Positions 9,440 through 17,730 of a stretch of DNA of 33,658 bases are shown here, in pieces. How positions within the stretch are numbered: the first letter of the stretch is position 1; each line of letters opens with the position of its first letter. The DNA comes from a virus (taxonomy: Duplodnaviria; Caudoviricetes), in IMG/VR virus record IMGVR_UViG_3300011339_001383, positions 1 to 33,658 of that record; one strand, given 5' to 3'. Position numbers and translations under genes: made by a program. The notes under the pieces were generated by a model, which had not been told where the DNA came from, did no database searches, and saw only the letters and a program-made list of their open reading frames with translations.

Positions 9440-9624
9440 TGCCCACGCTGGAAGAAGTTGTCGATGGGCTGGTCGCGCATGCGGGCGACCTCGACCTCGC
9501 GGCGCGGTTTGCGCAAGTGGACGCGCAAGAGGTTCACGCTGCGCTGGAAGGCACAGATGCCGACTCAGCAGACGGAGTGGTGCTGCGGCTCTTGGCCAAG
9601 TACAACCCGCTGACGGAGGAGTGA
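9439..9624 (+). CDS. Small acidic hypothetical protein
   Basis: 61 aa from the TAATG overlap at 9439; fills the gap in a co-directional operon. Confidence 0.7.
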   Translation: MPTLEEVVDGLVAHAGDLDLAARFAQVDAQEVHAALEGTDADSADGVVLRLLAKYNPLTEE

Positions 9625-9625
9625 A

Positions 9626-10015
9626 ATGAAGTTCAGCGTTGAGCAGCAGGACGCCGACCCCGTCATGGGGTTTGTAATGTGTCTGTTGCATTCGGTCACC
9701 AACGCTCACATCCTTCACTTCTCCACGCCCAGTCGTTCTGACCACACCGCTCTTGGCGCTTTTTACAGCGCCATCGGCGACCACGTTGACGATTTTGTCG
9801 AGGCATTTCAAGGCAAGTATGGGTTGCTCACCGCGTATCGCGCGGACTACGAATTGCCCGCCTCTCCGGTGGAATACCTGACGTATCTGAAAGACGAAGT
9901 GGCCACGCTCCGCGCGGCAGACAAGTTCCCCAAAGACTCTGAGTTGCAAAATATTGTGGATGAAATTGCTCAGTTGATCGACAGCACACTATACCAATTG
10001 CGATTCTTGAAATGA
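9626..10015 (+). CDS. Dps/ferritin-like four-helix bundle protein
   Basis: HILHF...DHTALGAFY...DHVDDFVEAFQGKYG resembles Dps His/His/Asp/Glu ferroxidase spacing; GGAGGAG RBS. Confidence 0.75.
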   Translation: MKFSVEQQDADPVMGFVMCLLHSVTNAHILHFSTPSRSDHTALGAFYSAIGDHVDDFVEAFQGKYGLLTAYRADYELPASPVEYLTYLKDEVATLRAADKFPKDSELQNIVDEIAQLIDSTLYQLRFLK

Positions 10016-10239
10016 CACAAAATACGACAATACAAAACACAGGCGACTTGTTAGGATTTTTGGCAACGCAAGCCGAGTCGCGCAAAGACTGGTTTGGCTT
10101 TTCGCAACAGCGCATGACCGCAGTCACCCTTGCGCACGACATTGCAAAAGCGCACGCCCATCACATGACGCCGGAAGATGTGGTGACTTACGCGCTGGCG
10201 CTGAATCAGGAAATCTTCAAGCGCATCATCAAGGGGTAA
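10012..10239 (+). CDS. Hypothetical protein
   Basis: 75 aa, ATGA-coupled to the upstream gene. Confidence 0.7.
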   Translation: MTQNTTIQNTGDLLGFLATQAESRKDWFGFSQQRMTAVTLAHDIAKAHAHHMTPEDVVTYALALNQEIFKRIIKG

Positions 10240-10245
10240 CCCGTC

Positions 10246-10797
10246 ATGGGCATCAGCATCAAGCTCGAAGGAATCGGCGAAGTCGATGTGATGCTGCGTC
10301 AGCTGGCCAGCGAGATTGGCGACAAAGAAACCAACAGCAAAATCCTCATCCCCGCCGTGCGCAAGGCGTTTCAGCCGGTGCTTGCGACCGCGCAACAGCT
10401 GGCGCCAAAAGAAACCGGCGCATTGGCCTTGTCATTGCAAGTGGAGGCGCGGCGTCCCACCTCCGCTGACCGGCGCTCCAAATACGTCACCCGCACCGAC
10501 ACCGTCATTGCCGCCGTAACCACCGCCTCGGGCAAAAAGATGGCCGCGATGAGCGAGGGCAAGGGGCTGCTCCGGTCACAGCGGCGGCTGCGCAAAATGG
10601 GCCACGCTGACCTTGCAGAAAATTTCAAAGGATTTACCAGCGATGCCCGCGCCATTGCGCAAGAGTTTGGATCGGCGCGCAATCCTCAACATGCATATTT
10701 GCGGCCTGCATTGGAGGCGCGGTCGCAAGAGACGGTAAACGAGTTAGCATCAATTTTGAAAGACAAGATTTTACAATACAGGAGTAAAATGAAATGA
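10246..10797 (+). CDS. HK97 gp10-like tail component
   Basis: AQQLAPKETGAL and AQEFGSARNPQHAYLRPALE motifs. Confidence 0.85.
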   Translation: MGISIKLEGIGEVDVMLRQLASEIGDKETNSKILIPAVRKAFQPVLATAQQLAPKETGALALSLQVEARRPTSADRRSKYVTRTDTVIAAVTTASGKKMAAMSEGKGLLRSQRRLRKMGHADLAENFKGFTSDARAIAQEFGSARNPQHAYLRPALEARSQETVNELASILKDKILQYRSKMK

Positions 10798-11276
10798 GCA
10801 AATTAGCAACAGCCCTCGGCAACGCCTACACCGACAAACGCCGTGCAATCCGCACACGCACCTTTGAGCTTGGCGGTCATACATTTAAGGTTCGGGTGCC
10901 GCTGACCTCAGAGACGGACGCCATGTTTACGCGCATTTCCGCGCCCGCTACTGAGGCAATAGAAACGACCTACAATTTGCTGACCGCGTCGCTGATTAAA
11001 TTCAAAGACCAACAAAGCGAAGAATTCCAGTTCACCGACAACGACATCATCGTCAGCGGGCGCTCCATGCGCGAGGCCGCAAAGAACAAAGCGATGATGG
11101 AAGCGCGGATGACGGAATATGTAAAATTGTTGGTGCCGGAAGACCCTGAGCAATCGATGGCCGACATCACCTATGCAGACATCGAAGCCGAATGGCCGCT
11201 GTCGGTGCAGGTGGCGTTGGTGGACAAAATTTCTGAAGTGATCAGCCCCAACTACAAGGAGACGCGGGGAAACTGA
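10794..11276 (+). CDS. Tail assembly chaperone (lambda gpG-like)
   Basis: 160 aa upstream of tape measure; ends in slippery heptamer G GGA AAC followed by TGA. Confidence 0.85.
   Translation: MSKLATALGNAYTDKRRAIRTRTFELGGHTFKVRVPLTSETDAMFTRISAPATEAIETTYNLLTASLIKFKDQQSEEFQFTDNDIIVSGRSMREAAKNKAMMEARMTEYVKLLVPEDPEQSMADITYADIEAEWPLSVQVALVDKISEVISPNYKETRGN
11267..11273 (+). other. Programmed -1 ribosomal frameshift site GGGAAAC
   Basis: X XXY YYZ heptamer in frame; the -1 frame (GGG AAA CTG ATT GGC TCA TTG...) is open to 11641. Confidence 0.88.
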
Positions 11277-11641
11277 TTGGCTCATTGAGGGCGCAAGTTG
11301 AAAGCGCCATGGTCTTCAATGGGCACACGCCGGAGTCGCTGGCCGATCTTGACGAAATAACCATGGCGCAAATCCAGACGATGTACGCGGATGGGGCGCT
11401 GGGATTACAAAAGACAAACCATTTGTTAAGCACGCTGATTGCGGGCGTGTTTAACTACATCCGACCCAAAGGCAAAACGCCTTACGAAGTGAAGCAGCCG
11501 ATGGGCGCGGCATATGAGTACATGTTCCCGCCCGCGTCTGAAGCAGACCAAAAAGCTCAGGTAAACTCAACACTACTTGCATTCATGATGCAAGCGCCAG
11601 GATTCAACGCAACGACCTTTGGGGCTCCAAGTGGCGAGTAA
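11273..11641 (+). CDS. Tail assembly chaperone frameshift extension (gpT-like; G-T fusion ~282 aa from 10794)
   Basis: ORF in the -1 frame relative to gpG, ending at the tape measure start. Confidence 0.8.
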   Translation: MIGSLRAQVESAMVFNGHTPESLADLDEITMAQIQTMYADGALGLQKTNHLLSTLIAGVFNYIRPKGKTPYEVKQPMGAAYEYMFPPASEADQKAQVNSTLLAFMMQAPGFNATTFGAPSGE

Positions 11642-14015
11642 CAACATTGCAAGACTAGGGGTCATCCTTGGCCTCGACAGCGCTGAGTTTGTAAAAGGGC
11701 TCGACGCTGCCAACAAAAAGCTGTATGACTTTTCAGTCAAAGCGGCGGGCGTCGCCAAGGACGCGCTGTTGGCCTCTGGCGCGGCTTTTGCAGCGGCCAC
11801 CTACAATGCGATGCAATTTGCGGATGCAATTGCCGATGTCGCCAAAGCCAACGATGTCTCCATCGCCTCCATTCTCAAGCTGAACAACGCGCTTGCCAAT
11901 GCGGGCGGAGAAGCTGAAAATTCCGGAAAGCTGTTGGCCAGCTTTACCGGCTTCATGGACAAGGCAGCAGCGGGTTCTTTCGAGGCGCAAAAATCTTTGC
12001 AGATGGCGGGCGTATCGCTGAAAGACCTTGCCAACCTCGGCACCGAAGACCTGTTTGCAAAAACCGTTCAAGGCATCGCGGAGATTGAAGACCCGCTGAC
12101 GCGCAATGCGCGGGCGATGGAGATGTTTGGCAAAGCGGCCAAGGGCGTTGACTTTGTCGGGCTCGCCGAGGAAATGCGCAAGGCATCCACCGCCACCGAT
12201 GAGCAAGCCATTGCAGTTCAAGCTGCCGCTGATGCATACGATCTTATCAAGCAACGTGGAAGGGAGTTTCAACTTTCATTCACCAGCGAAATTGGCCCAT
12301 CGCTTTTGCTGGCCACAGAATATTTTCTTGATCTCGGCACCGAAATAAACAAAACCGGCGGCCTTTGGAAAAGTGTATTTGACACCGTCGCATATCAAGC
12401 TGCCAGTCTTGTCCATGAAATCAAAGACCTCATTTCAGTCTTTATCGCTTGGGACGCGGTGCTCAACGCTTTCTTTGAAGCGCGGTGGGGCGAGATCGAC
12501 GGCATCGTGTCTCGCCGTTACGCCGAGCGCGCATCCGAAGAAGCCAAGCTGGAAGCCTTCCGACAAAAGCTCGAAGGCATCCAAGGCGGCGTAAAAGAAG
12601 GCGAGCGCGGCGACTGGGAAAATGGCCCCAAAAAGAAAGGCACCGCCGGTGGGCCTAAACGCCTCGTAACGCCAGGAATTGACCGAGAAGCTGAGAGGGC
12701 ACGCAAGGAGGCTGAACGAGAGGCTAAAGAGGCTGCGCGGTTGGCAGAAGAAGCTCGCAAGAAACAACTTGCCCTTGAGATGAAAGGGATGCAAGCGCAA
12801 CTGGAGATGCGCGAGCAGGTGTGGCGCGAACAAGCAGCTGCATCCGACGCCGCGATGCAAGCTGAAGCGAAGTTGCTTGAATCGAGGAATGCCGCCATTG
12901 AGCTCGGAAGGCAGACCGCGCAAGAACAGCGAGATGAAGCGCGAGCCGCTCAAGATGCATACAACGATTCTGTCGCGCGTGCGGAAGGCAAATTGCTTGA
13001 TTCCCGACTCGCGGCAATTGAGCTCGGAAAGCAAGCGCGGCTAGAAGAACGCGATGCAGCCCGAGCCGCCATCGACGCGCAATCTGAAGCATACCAGCGC
13101 GCACAAGGTTATCAGCGTGAGCTTCAAGCCATGCAAGCGCAAGACCTAGAACGGGCGCATGAATTGTTTATCCTTGAAGCCAACGCTGCACAACTTGTTC
13201 CTGAGAAGCTGGCGATGGAGCGCGAATATTTGCGCATCCGTAATCGCCATCTCGACGCTGTAAAAGCCATCAACGAAAATCAATCATTGGACAGCAACGC
13301 GCGAATTGAAGCGCTGGCGACTGAAGAAGAATTGATGAAACGTCAGTTGGAGTTGGCGACGGAACGCTACCGCATCAACAAGGAAATTACCGATCAACAA
13401 AAGACTTTCAGTGCCGGATGGACGCGCGCATTTGATGCCTACATCAAAAATGCAGAAGATGCCGGCAAAAAAGGTGAGCAAGCATTTCAAATTTTTACAG
13501 ACAACATTGGACGCTCTATTGATGAGTTGGTAGACAAGGGCGAAACATCCTTTGCGCGGTTGACGGAATCCATCCTCAAAGACATGACCAAAATTTATCT
13601 AAAGCAGTTGATGATGAAGGCGATTGGCGGCGGGGCTGAAGCTGGCAGCGGAATTTTTGGAATGTTCAAAGGAATGTTTGGCGGCGGCATCGATGTGAGC
13701 GGCGGCGGCGCAGAATTGCATGGCGCATATCTTCCGATGCACGCCACAGGCGGTAATGTCGCGGCCAACAGTCCATCGTGGGTCGGCGAACGTGGGCCGG
13801 AATTGTTTGTGCCCAATCAAAGCGGGATGATCGTGCCCAACAACTCGATTGGCGACTCGATGGGCAGCCAACCGGCCAACGTGTACAATGGCCCTTACAT
13901 CGCCAATATGAGCGCAATCGATACGCAAAGCGGGCTGCAATTCTTGGCCAAAAATAAACAAGGCGTTTGGGCTTCGTATCAAAGCGCCAATCGTTCCATT
14001 CCGATGTCGAGGTAA
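11631..14015 (+). CDS. Tail tape measure protein
   Basis: ~794 aa from GTG 11631; Ala/Glu/Arg-rich helical; N-terminal IARLGVILGLDSAEF; C-terminal ATGG..VGERGPELFVP. Confidence 0.93.
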   Translation: MASNNIARLGVILGLDSAEFVKGLDAANKKLYDFSVKAAGVAKDALLASGAAFAAATYNAMQFADAIADVAKANDVSIASILKLNNALANAGGEAENSGKLLASFTGFMDKAAAGSFEAQKSLQMAGVSLKDLANLGTEDLFAKTVQGIAEIEDPLTRNARAMEMFGKAAKGVDFVGLAEEMRKASTATDEQAIAVQAAADAYDLIKQRGREFQLSFTSEIGPSLLLATEYFLDLGTEINKTGGLWKSVFDTVAYQAASLVHEIKDLISVFIAWDAVLNAFFEARWGEIDGIVSRRYAERASEEAKLEAFRQKLEGIQGGVKEGERGDWENGPKKKGTAGGPKRLVTPGIDREAERARKEAEREAKEAARLAEEARKKQLALEMKGMQAQLEMREQVWREQAAASDAAMQAEAKLLESRNAAIELGRQTAQEQRDEARAAQDAYNDSVARAEGKLLDSRLAAIELGKQARLEERDAARAAIDAQSEAYQRAQGYQRELQAMQAQDLERAHELFILEANAAQLVPEKLAMEREYLRIRNRHLDAVKAINENQSLDSNARIEALATEEELMKRQLELATERYRINKEITDQQKTFSAGWTRAFDAYIKNAEDAGKKGEQAFQIFTDNIGRSIDELVDKGETSFARLTESILKDMTKIYLKQLMMKAIGGGAEAGSGIFGMFKGMFGGGIDVSGGGAELHGAYLPMHATGGNVAANSPSWVGERGPELFVPNQSGMIVPNNSIGDSMGSQPANVYNGPYIANMSAIDTQSGLQFLAKNKQGVWASYQSANRSIPMSR
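12801..13110 (+). repeat. Degenerate 120-nt (40-aa) tandem repeat within tape measure
   Basis: AEAKLLESRNAAIELGRQ at 12861 and AEGKLLDSRLAAIELGKQ at 12981 are exactly 120 nt apart; outer limits approximate. Confidence 0.75.
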
Positions 14016-14018
14016 TCC

Positions 14019-15011
14019 ATGGCTGTTCCAAATACATTCGCAAGCGCGACCACTTCAATCCCGCTTGCAAACCTAGACGCAAATTTTGCGTATTACGACG
14101 CCGCATATTCCATCTCGGGCACTGCGGTTACTTACAGCGGCACGCTTACACTTTCAGCGTTAACGGCATCCACATCGCTTGCGCTAAACGCCAGCAAACA
14201 AATTGTCAGTGTCACCAACACCGGAAGCGGAAATAATGTTTTGGCTACAAGCCCGACTTTGGTCACGCCAATCTTAGGCACGCCCCAATCGGGCACATTG
14301 ACCAACGCGACCGGATTGCCTTTGACCACTGGAGTCACAGGCACCTTGCCGCTGGGCAATGGCGGGTCGGGCCAGACAACCGCACAGCTTGCGATGAACG
14401 CTTTTGCAGGCGCGGTCACCAGCGGCGCGTATTTGCGCGGCAATGGCACAAATGTGATAATGGCATCGCTTGCTGCTGCGGATATGACCGGAGCAATTTC
14501 ACCTGCAAACGGCGGCACTGGTGTCGCAAATAACGCCGCAAGCACCATCACCATTTCCGGAAATTTCGCTTCAACATTTGCTGTTTCGGGCGCTTTCACT
14601 TACACATTTCCAGGAGCGGCAAGCACGCTGGCTTCACTTGCGGGGACAGAAACATTTACCAACAAAACGCTCACCAATCCCACCATCACCAATTACACGG
14701 AAACGCTGCAAGCGGTGGGCACGGTCGGCGCGGCAAGCACACTGGCGTTAACAAACGGCACAGTGTTGACTGCGACCTTGACAGCCTCTACGCCATGCAC
14801 ATTCACCATGCCCACGGTAGCTGCCGGAAAATCTTTTGTGTTGATTCTTACGCAAGCTGCGACGGGCATGACCACGGCAACATTCACAAGTGTTAAGTGG
14901 GCGGGCGGCACAGCCCCTGTTGTTTCGGCAACGGCGTCGGCAGTAGACATACTGTCGTTTGTGTCCAACGGCACGTTTTGGTATGGCTCTATCTCGAAGG
15001 CATTTGCGTAA
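14019..15011 (+). CDS. Tail fibre-like protein
   Basis: 330 aa Thr/Ala/Gly/Ser-rich; GTLPLGNGGSG and GAISPANGGTG fibre repeats; C-terminal beta domain VKWAGGTAP..DILSF. Confidence 0.7.
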   Translation: MAVPNTFASATTSIPLANLDANFAYYDAAYSISGTAVTYSGTLTLSALTASTSLALNASKQIVSVTNTGSGNNVLATSPTLVTPILGTPQSGTLTNATGLPLTTGVTGTLPLGNGGSGQTTAQLAMNAFAGAVTSGAYLRGNGTNVIMASLAAADMTGAISPANGGTGVANNAASTITISGNFASTFAVSGAFTYTFPGAASTLASLAGTETFTNKTLTNPTITNYTETLQAVGTVGAASTLALTNGTVLTATLTASTPCTFTMPTVAAGKSFVLILTQAATGMTTATFTSVKWAGGTAPVVSATASAVDILSFVSNGTFWYGSISKAFA

Positions 15012-15748
15012 TGTTTGCCGCATTGAATTCTTTTTTGGTTGGTGGGCCGCCAAGGGTTGTTGGCGCGGTAACCATCAGTGTAAGCACAACCAATTACACA
15101 TTTAATCCTGCAAAAGTATCGGGCTATGTCGCGGGCTTAACTTCTGCAACGCTAACAATCAACAGCGGCATCACCGTTGGTAGCACATCCACGGCGACTC
15201 CAGGGATGACAGTTTCGGGATGGGCCACTGGCGACATCGTTACCATTGTCAACAACGGCACAATCGCGGGCATGGGCGGCGCTGGAGGCATTGCGGGCGG
15301 CGCTGGCAGCAACAACACACCAGCGGGCGCTGGCGGCGCTGGTGGCCCTGCTCTTACGGTATCTTTTGCCACATCAATTAACAACGGCAGCGGCATCATT
15401 GCGGGCGGAGGCGGCGGCGGAGGCGGTGGTGGTGGAAATAATGTTGGTGTGGCGGATAACCGAGCAGCAGGTGGCGGCGGCGGCGCGGGCATCAATCCTG
15501 GCCTCATTCAAAGCGGCAACGGCGGCGCTCAAAACGGCACAGCTACGGCTGGAGGCGCTGGCGGCAGCGCAACCACGGATGGCGCTGCTGGTGGCGCTGG
15601 AGGAGGTCGTGGCGCTGTGGGCACCGCTGGAAGCAACTCTAATCGTTCGGGAGGCGCTGCTGGCGCGGCGGGCGTTTGCACTACCACCGGCTCCAACGCA
15701 TTGATTACTTATATTGCAACTGGAACACGCTTTGGAGCATTAGGATGA
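15011..15748 (+). CDS. Glycine-rich receptor-binding adhesin, T-even gp38-like
   Basis: 245 aa from the TAATG overlap; IVNNGTIAGMGGAGG, GGAGGPAL and INNGSGIIAGGGGGGGGGG resemble gp38 polyglycine motifs. Confidence 0.7.
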   Translation: MFAALNSFLVGGPPRVVGAVTISVSTTNYTFNPAKVSGYVAGLTSATLTINSGITVGSTSTATPGMTVSGWATGDIVTIVNNGTIAGMGGAGGIAGGAGSNNTPAGAGGAGGPALTVSFATSINNGSGIIAGGGGGGGGGGGNNVGVADNRAAGGGGGAGINPGLIQSGNGGAQNGTATAGGAGGSATTDGAAGGAGGGRGAVGTAGSNSNRSGGAAGAAGVCTTTGSNALITYIATGTRFGALG

Positions 15749-15999
15749 TTGAAAATATCACTTACGAAATCACGGCAGTCAACGAACAGCAGCGTTGCAT
15801 GGAAGTTATTTTCCGCGCCACCAATCAACCTGATGTGTTGGTTGGGGCTCGGATGCCCTTTGAGGGCGAAGACTTGGCCACGCTGGTTTCTTCGTTTGCG
15901 CCGATTGGCTATTGGGAAGACCTTGCAAAATCGATTTTGCCGGTCGCTGTCGGAGCCACTGGCGCGGTTACGATTGCCGAGCCCATCGTTACAGAGTAG
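15745..15999 (+). CDS. Hypothetical protein (possible fibre/adhesin chaperone)
   Basis: 84 aa, ATGA-coupled, GGAG RBS, acidic. Confidence 0.65.
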   Translation: MIENITYEITAVNEQQRCMEVIFRATNQPDVLVGARMPFEGEDLATLVSSFAPIGYWEDLAKSILPVAVGATGAVTIAEPIVTE

Positions 16000-16004
16000 C
16001 TGTC

Positions 16005-16685
16005 GTGACGCTCCAAACAATCTTATCCATCGCTGAAACTGTCGGCATCAACGACCACAAATTTGCTGGTCAGATGTTGTCGCGCAACATGCGCATCAGC
16101 ACCAGCGAAATTCTCACGGTGCAGCCGTTTGAGTTTACGCTGAAGCCGCACCAGTACCTTCTCTATTCGCAAAACAGGGCGGTGCTTTCGGCGTTGCGGG
16201 TTGCGGATAGGGTGACGGAGCAATACTTAAATTTTGCGTCTACGGGTTGGACAAATTACATCAACTATCTCGGCAACATGACGGGCGTGCAAGCCGCTGC
16301 TTGCCAAATTCAAACCGCCTCTGCAAACAAGACGATTGTGTTGGGCAACCTCCCGACAATCACCTCCACGCTTTACATTGTGAGAGCGGGCGACTTTATC
16401 CAAATCGACCGCTACGCCTACATCGCGACCGCAGATGTGCAACGCGGCGCTTTGGGCACCGTGAGCATTCCCGTTCATCGCAGCGTCATGACCACGCTCA
16501 CCAGCACCATAGGCGCAGTGATTGGCCAATACGGCACCACAACGGCGTTGGGTGGCTCCACCTACACAGGCATCACGTTTCCTGTAATCCTGCGCGAATA
16601 TCCAACTTACGAATTGACGCCCATCACCAACGATTCTTTCATCGCTTGGACTGGCCCATTTACTGCTTTTGAGAATGTGTTGTGA
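16005..16685 (+). CDS. Putative distal tail protein (Dit-like)
   Basis: 226 aa from GTG 16005; beta-rich with VRAGDFIQI; precedes hub and tip genes. Confidence 0.6.
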   Translation: MTLQTILSIAETVGINDHKFAGQMLSRNMRISTSEILTVQPFEFTLKPHQYLLYSQNRAVLSALRVADRVTEQYLNFASTGWTNYINYLGNMTGVQAAACQIQTASANKTIVLGNLPTITSTLYIVRAGDFIQIDRYAYIATADVQRGALGTVSIPVHRSVMTTLTSTIGAVIGQYGTTTALGGSTYTGITFPVILREYPTYELTPITNDSFIAWTGPFTAFENVL

Positions 16686-17269
16686 ACGTCATCGCGCCTG
16701 TTGTCGGAACGACTCTAATTCGATATGCCGATCTGTTTCGGTTGACGATGCCTTCTGCGACTTATTTGTTTGCGACTACGCCCGCTCCTATCACCGTCCC
16801 ATCCATCTCGGCCAGTCCGTTTGAGGGGCTCGGCCAGCTGGTAAAAACCAACGGCGCACAACGTGATGTAAAGAGCACAGCCAACGAGACTTCCGTCACG
16901 CTGATTGGGATTGACACATCGATGCTCGGAATCGTTCTCAATTCACAAATCAAGGGGTCGCAGATCGAGCTTTGGCACGCTTTCTTTGACGCCAACAATC
17001 AACTGATTACCGGCGGCGGCACAGGCGTTTACAAATACTTCAACGGCTACATCAATTCGTTTTCCATCGATGAACAATGGATGGAGGAAATCCGGATGTA
17101 TGTTGGCACCGCCACCATCAACGCCTCCAGCTTTCAACTGGTTTTACAAAATCGGACTTCGGGGCGTTACACGAACAACAATTCTTGGCAATCATTCAAT
17201 TCTGGCGACACCTCAATGAATCGCGTCGCCTTTATCAGCACCATCAACTATGCATTCGGGCGGAAGTAA
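16682..17269 (+). CDS. Putative tail hub / minor tail protein (lambda gpL-like position)
   Basis: 195 aa; VTLIGID, IELWHAFFD, FNGYI, GRYTN...GD motifs; synteny. Confidence 0.6.
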   Translation: MNVIAPVVGTTLIRYADLFRLTMPSATYLFATTPAPITVPSISASPFEGLGQLVKTNGAQRDVKSTANETSVTLIGIDTSMLGIVLNSQIKGSQIELWHAFFDANNQLITGGGTGVYKYFNGYINSFSIDEQWMEEIRMYVGTATINASSFQLVLQNRTSGRYTNNNSWQSFNSGDTSMNRVAFISTINYAFGRK

Positions 17270-17270
17270 C

Positions 17271-17729
17271 ATGCGCTCTGTTGTTGTTCGTGATGCTTCT
17301 CCAACGGACTTTTCCGCAATCTTGGACATGTTGCGGCGCGGGCGAGAGACTGCCCCTTTTGAATTCCTACGCCAAGCAAACGACGCTGGTCACATCACGC
17401 AGCAATTGACGGAATTTCTCGCTGGACGCGGGCTTGTGTTGGTGTCCGAAGTTGACGGCACACTCACAGGCTTTATGCTCGCGTCAATCGAGCCCAGCTT
17501 TTGGACTCCAAACTCGATCTTGATGATTGAGCTTGCGTATTGGGTGGAGCCGGAATATCGCGGCGGCTTGTCCGCTCATCGCCTCATCACCGAATATTGT
17601 GCACGCGGCGAAAAGATGAAGGCGAAAGGCCGCATTGATCATTTTGTAATCGGCAAGACAAGCAAAAGCCCCGATCTGTCCTTTGAGAAGTTCGGTTTCC
17701 AAAAGCTAGAAGAATTCTGGGTGAATTGA
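17271..17729 (+). CDS. GNAT-fold acetyltransferase-like protein
   Basis: VRDASPTDF start, LVSEVDGTLTGF, ELAYWVEPEYRGG (motif A), FEKFGFQKLE (motif B). Confidence 0.8.
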   Translation: MRSVVVRDASPTDFSAILDMLRRGRETAPFEFLRQANDAGHITQQLTEFLAGRGLVLVSEVDGTLTGFMLASIEPSFWTPNSILMIELAYWVEPEYRGGLSAHRLITEYCARGEKMKAKGRIDHFVIGKTSKSPDLSFEKFGFQKLEEFWVN

Positions 17730-17730
17730 A

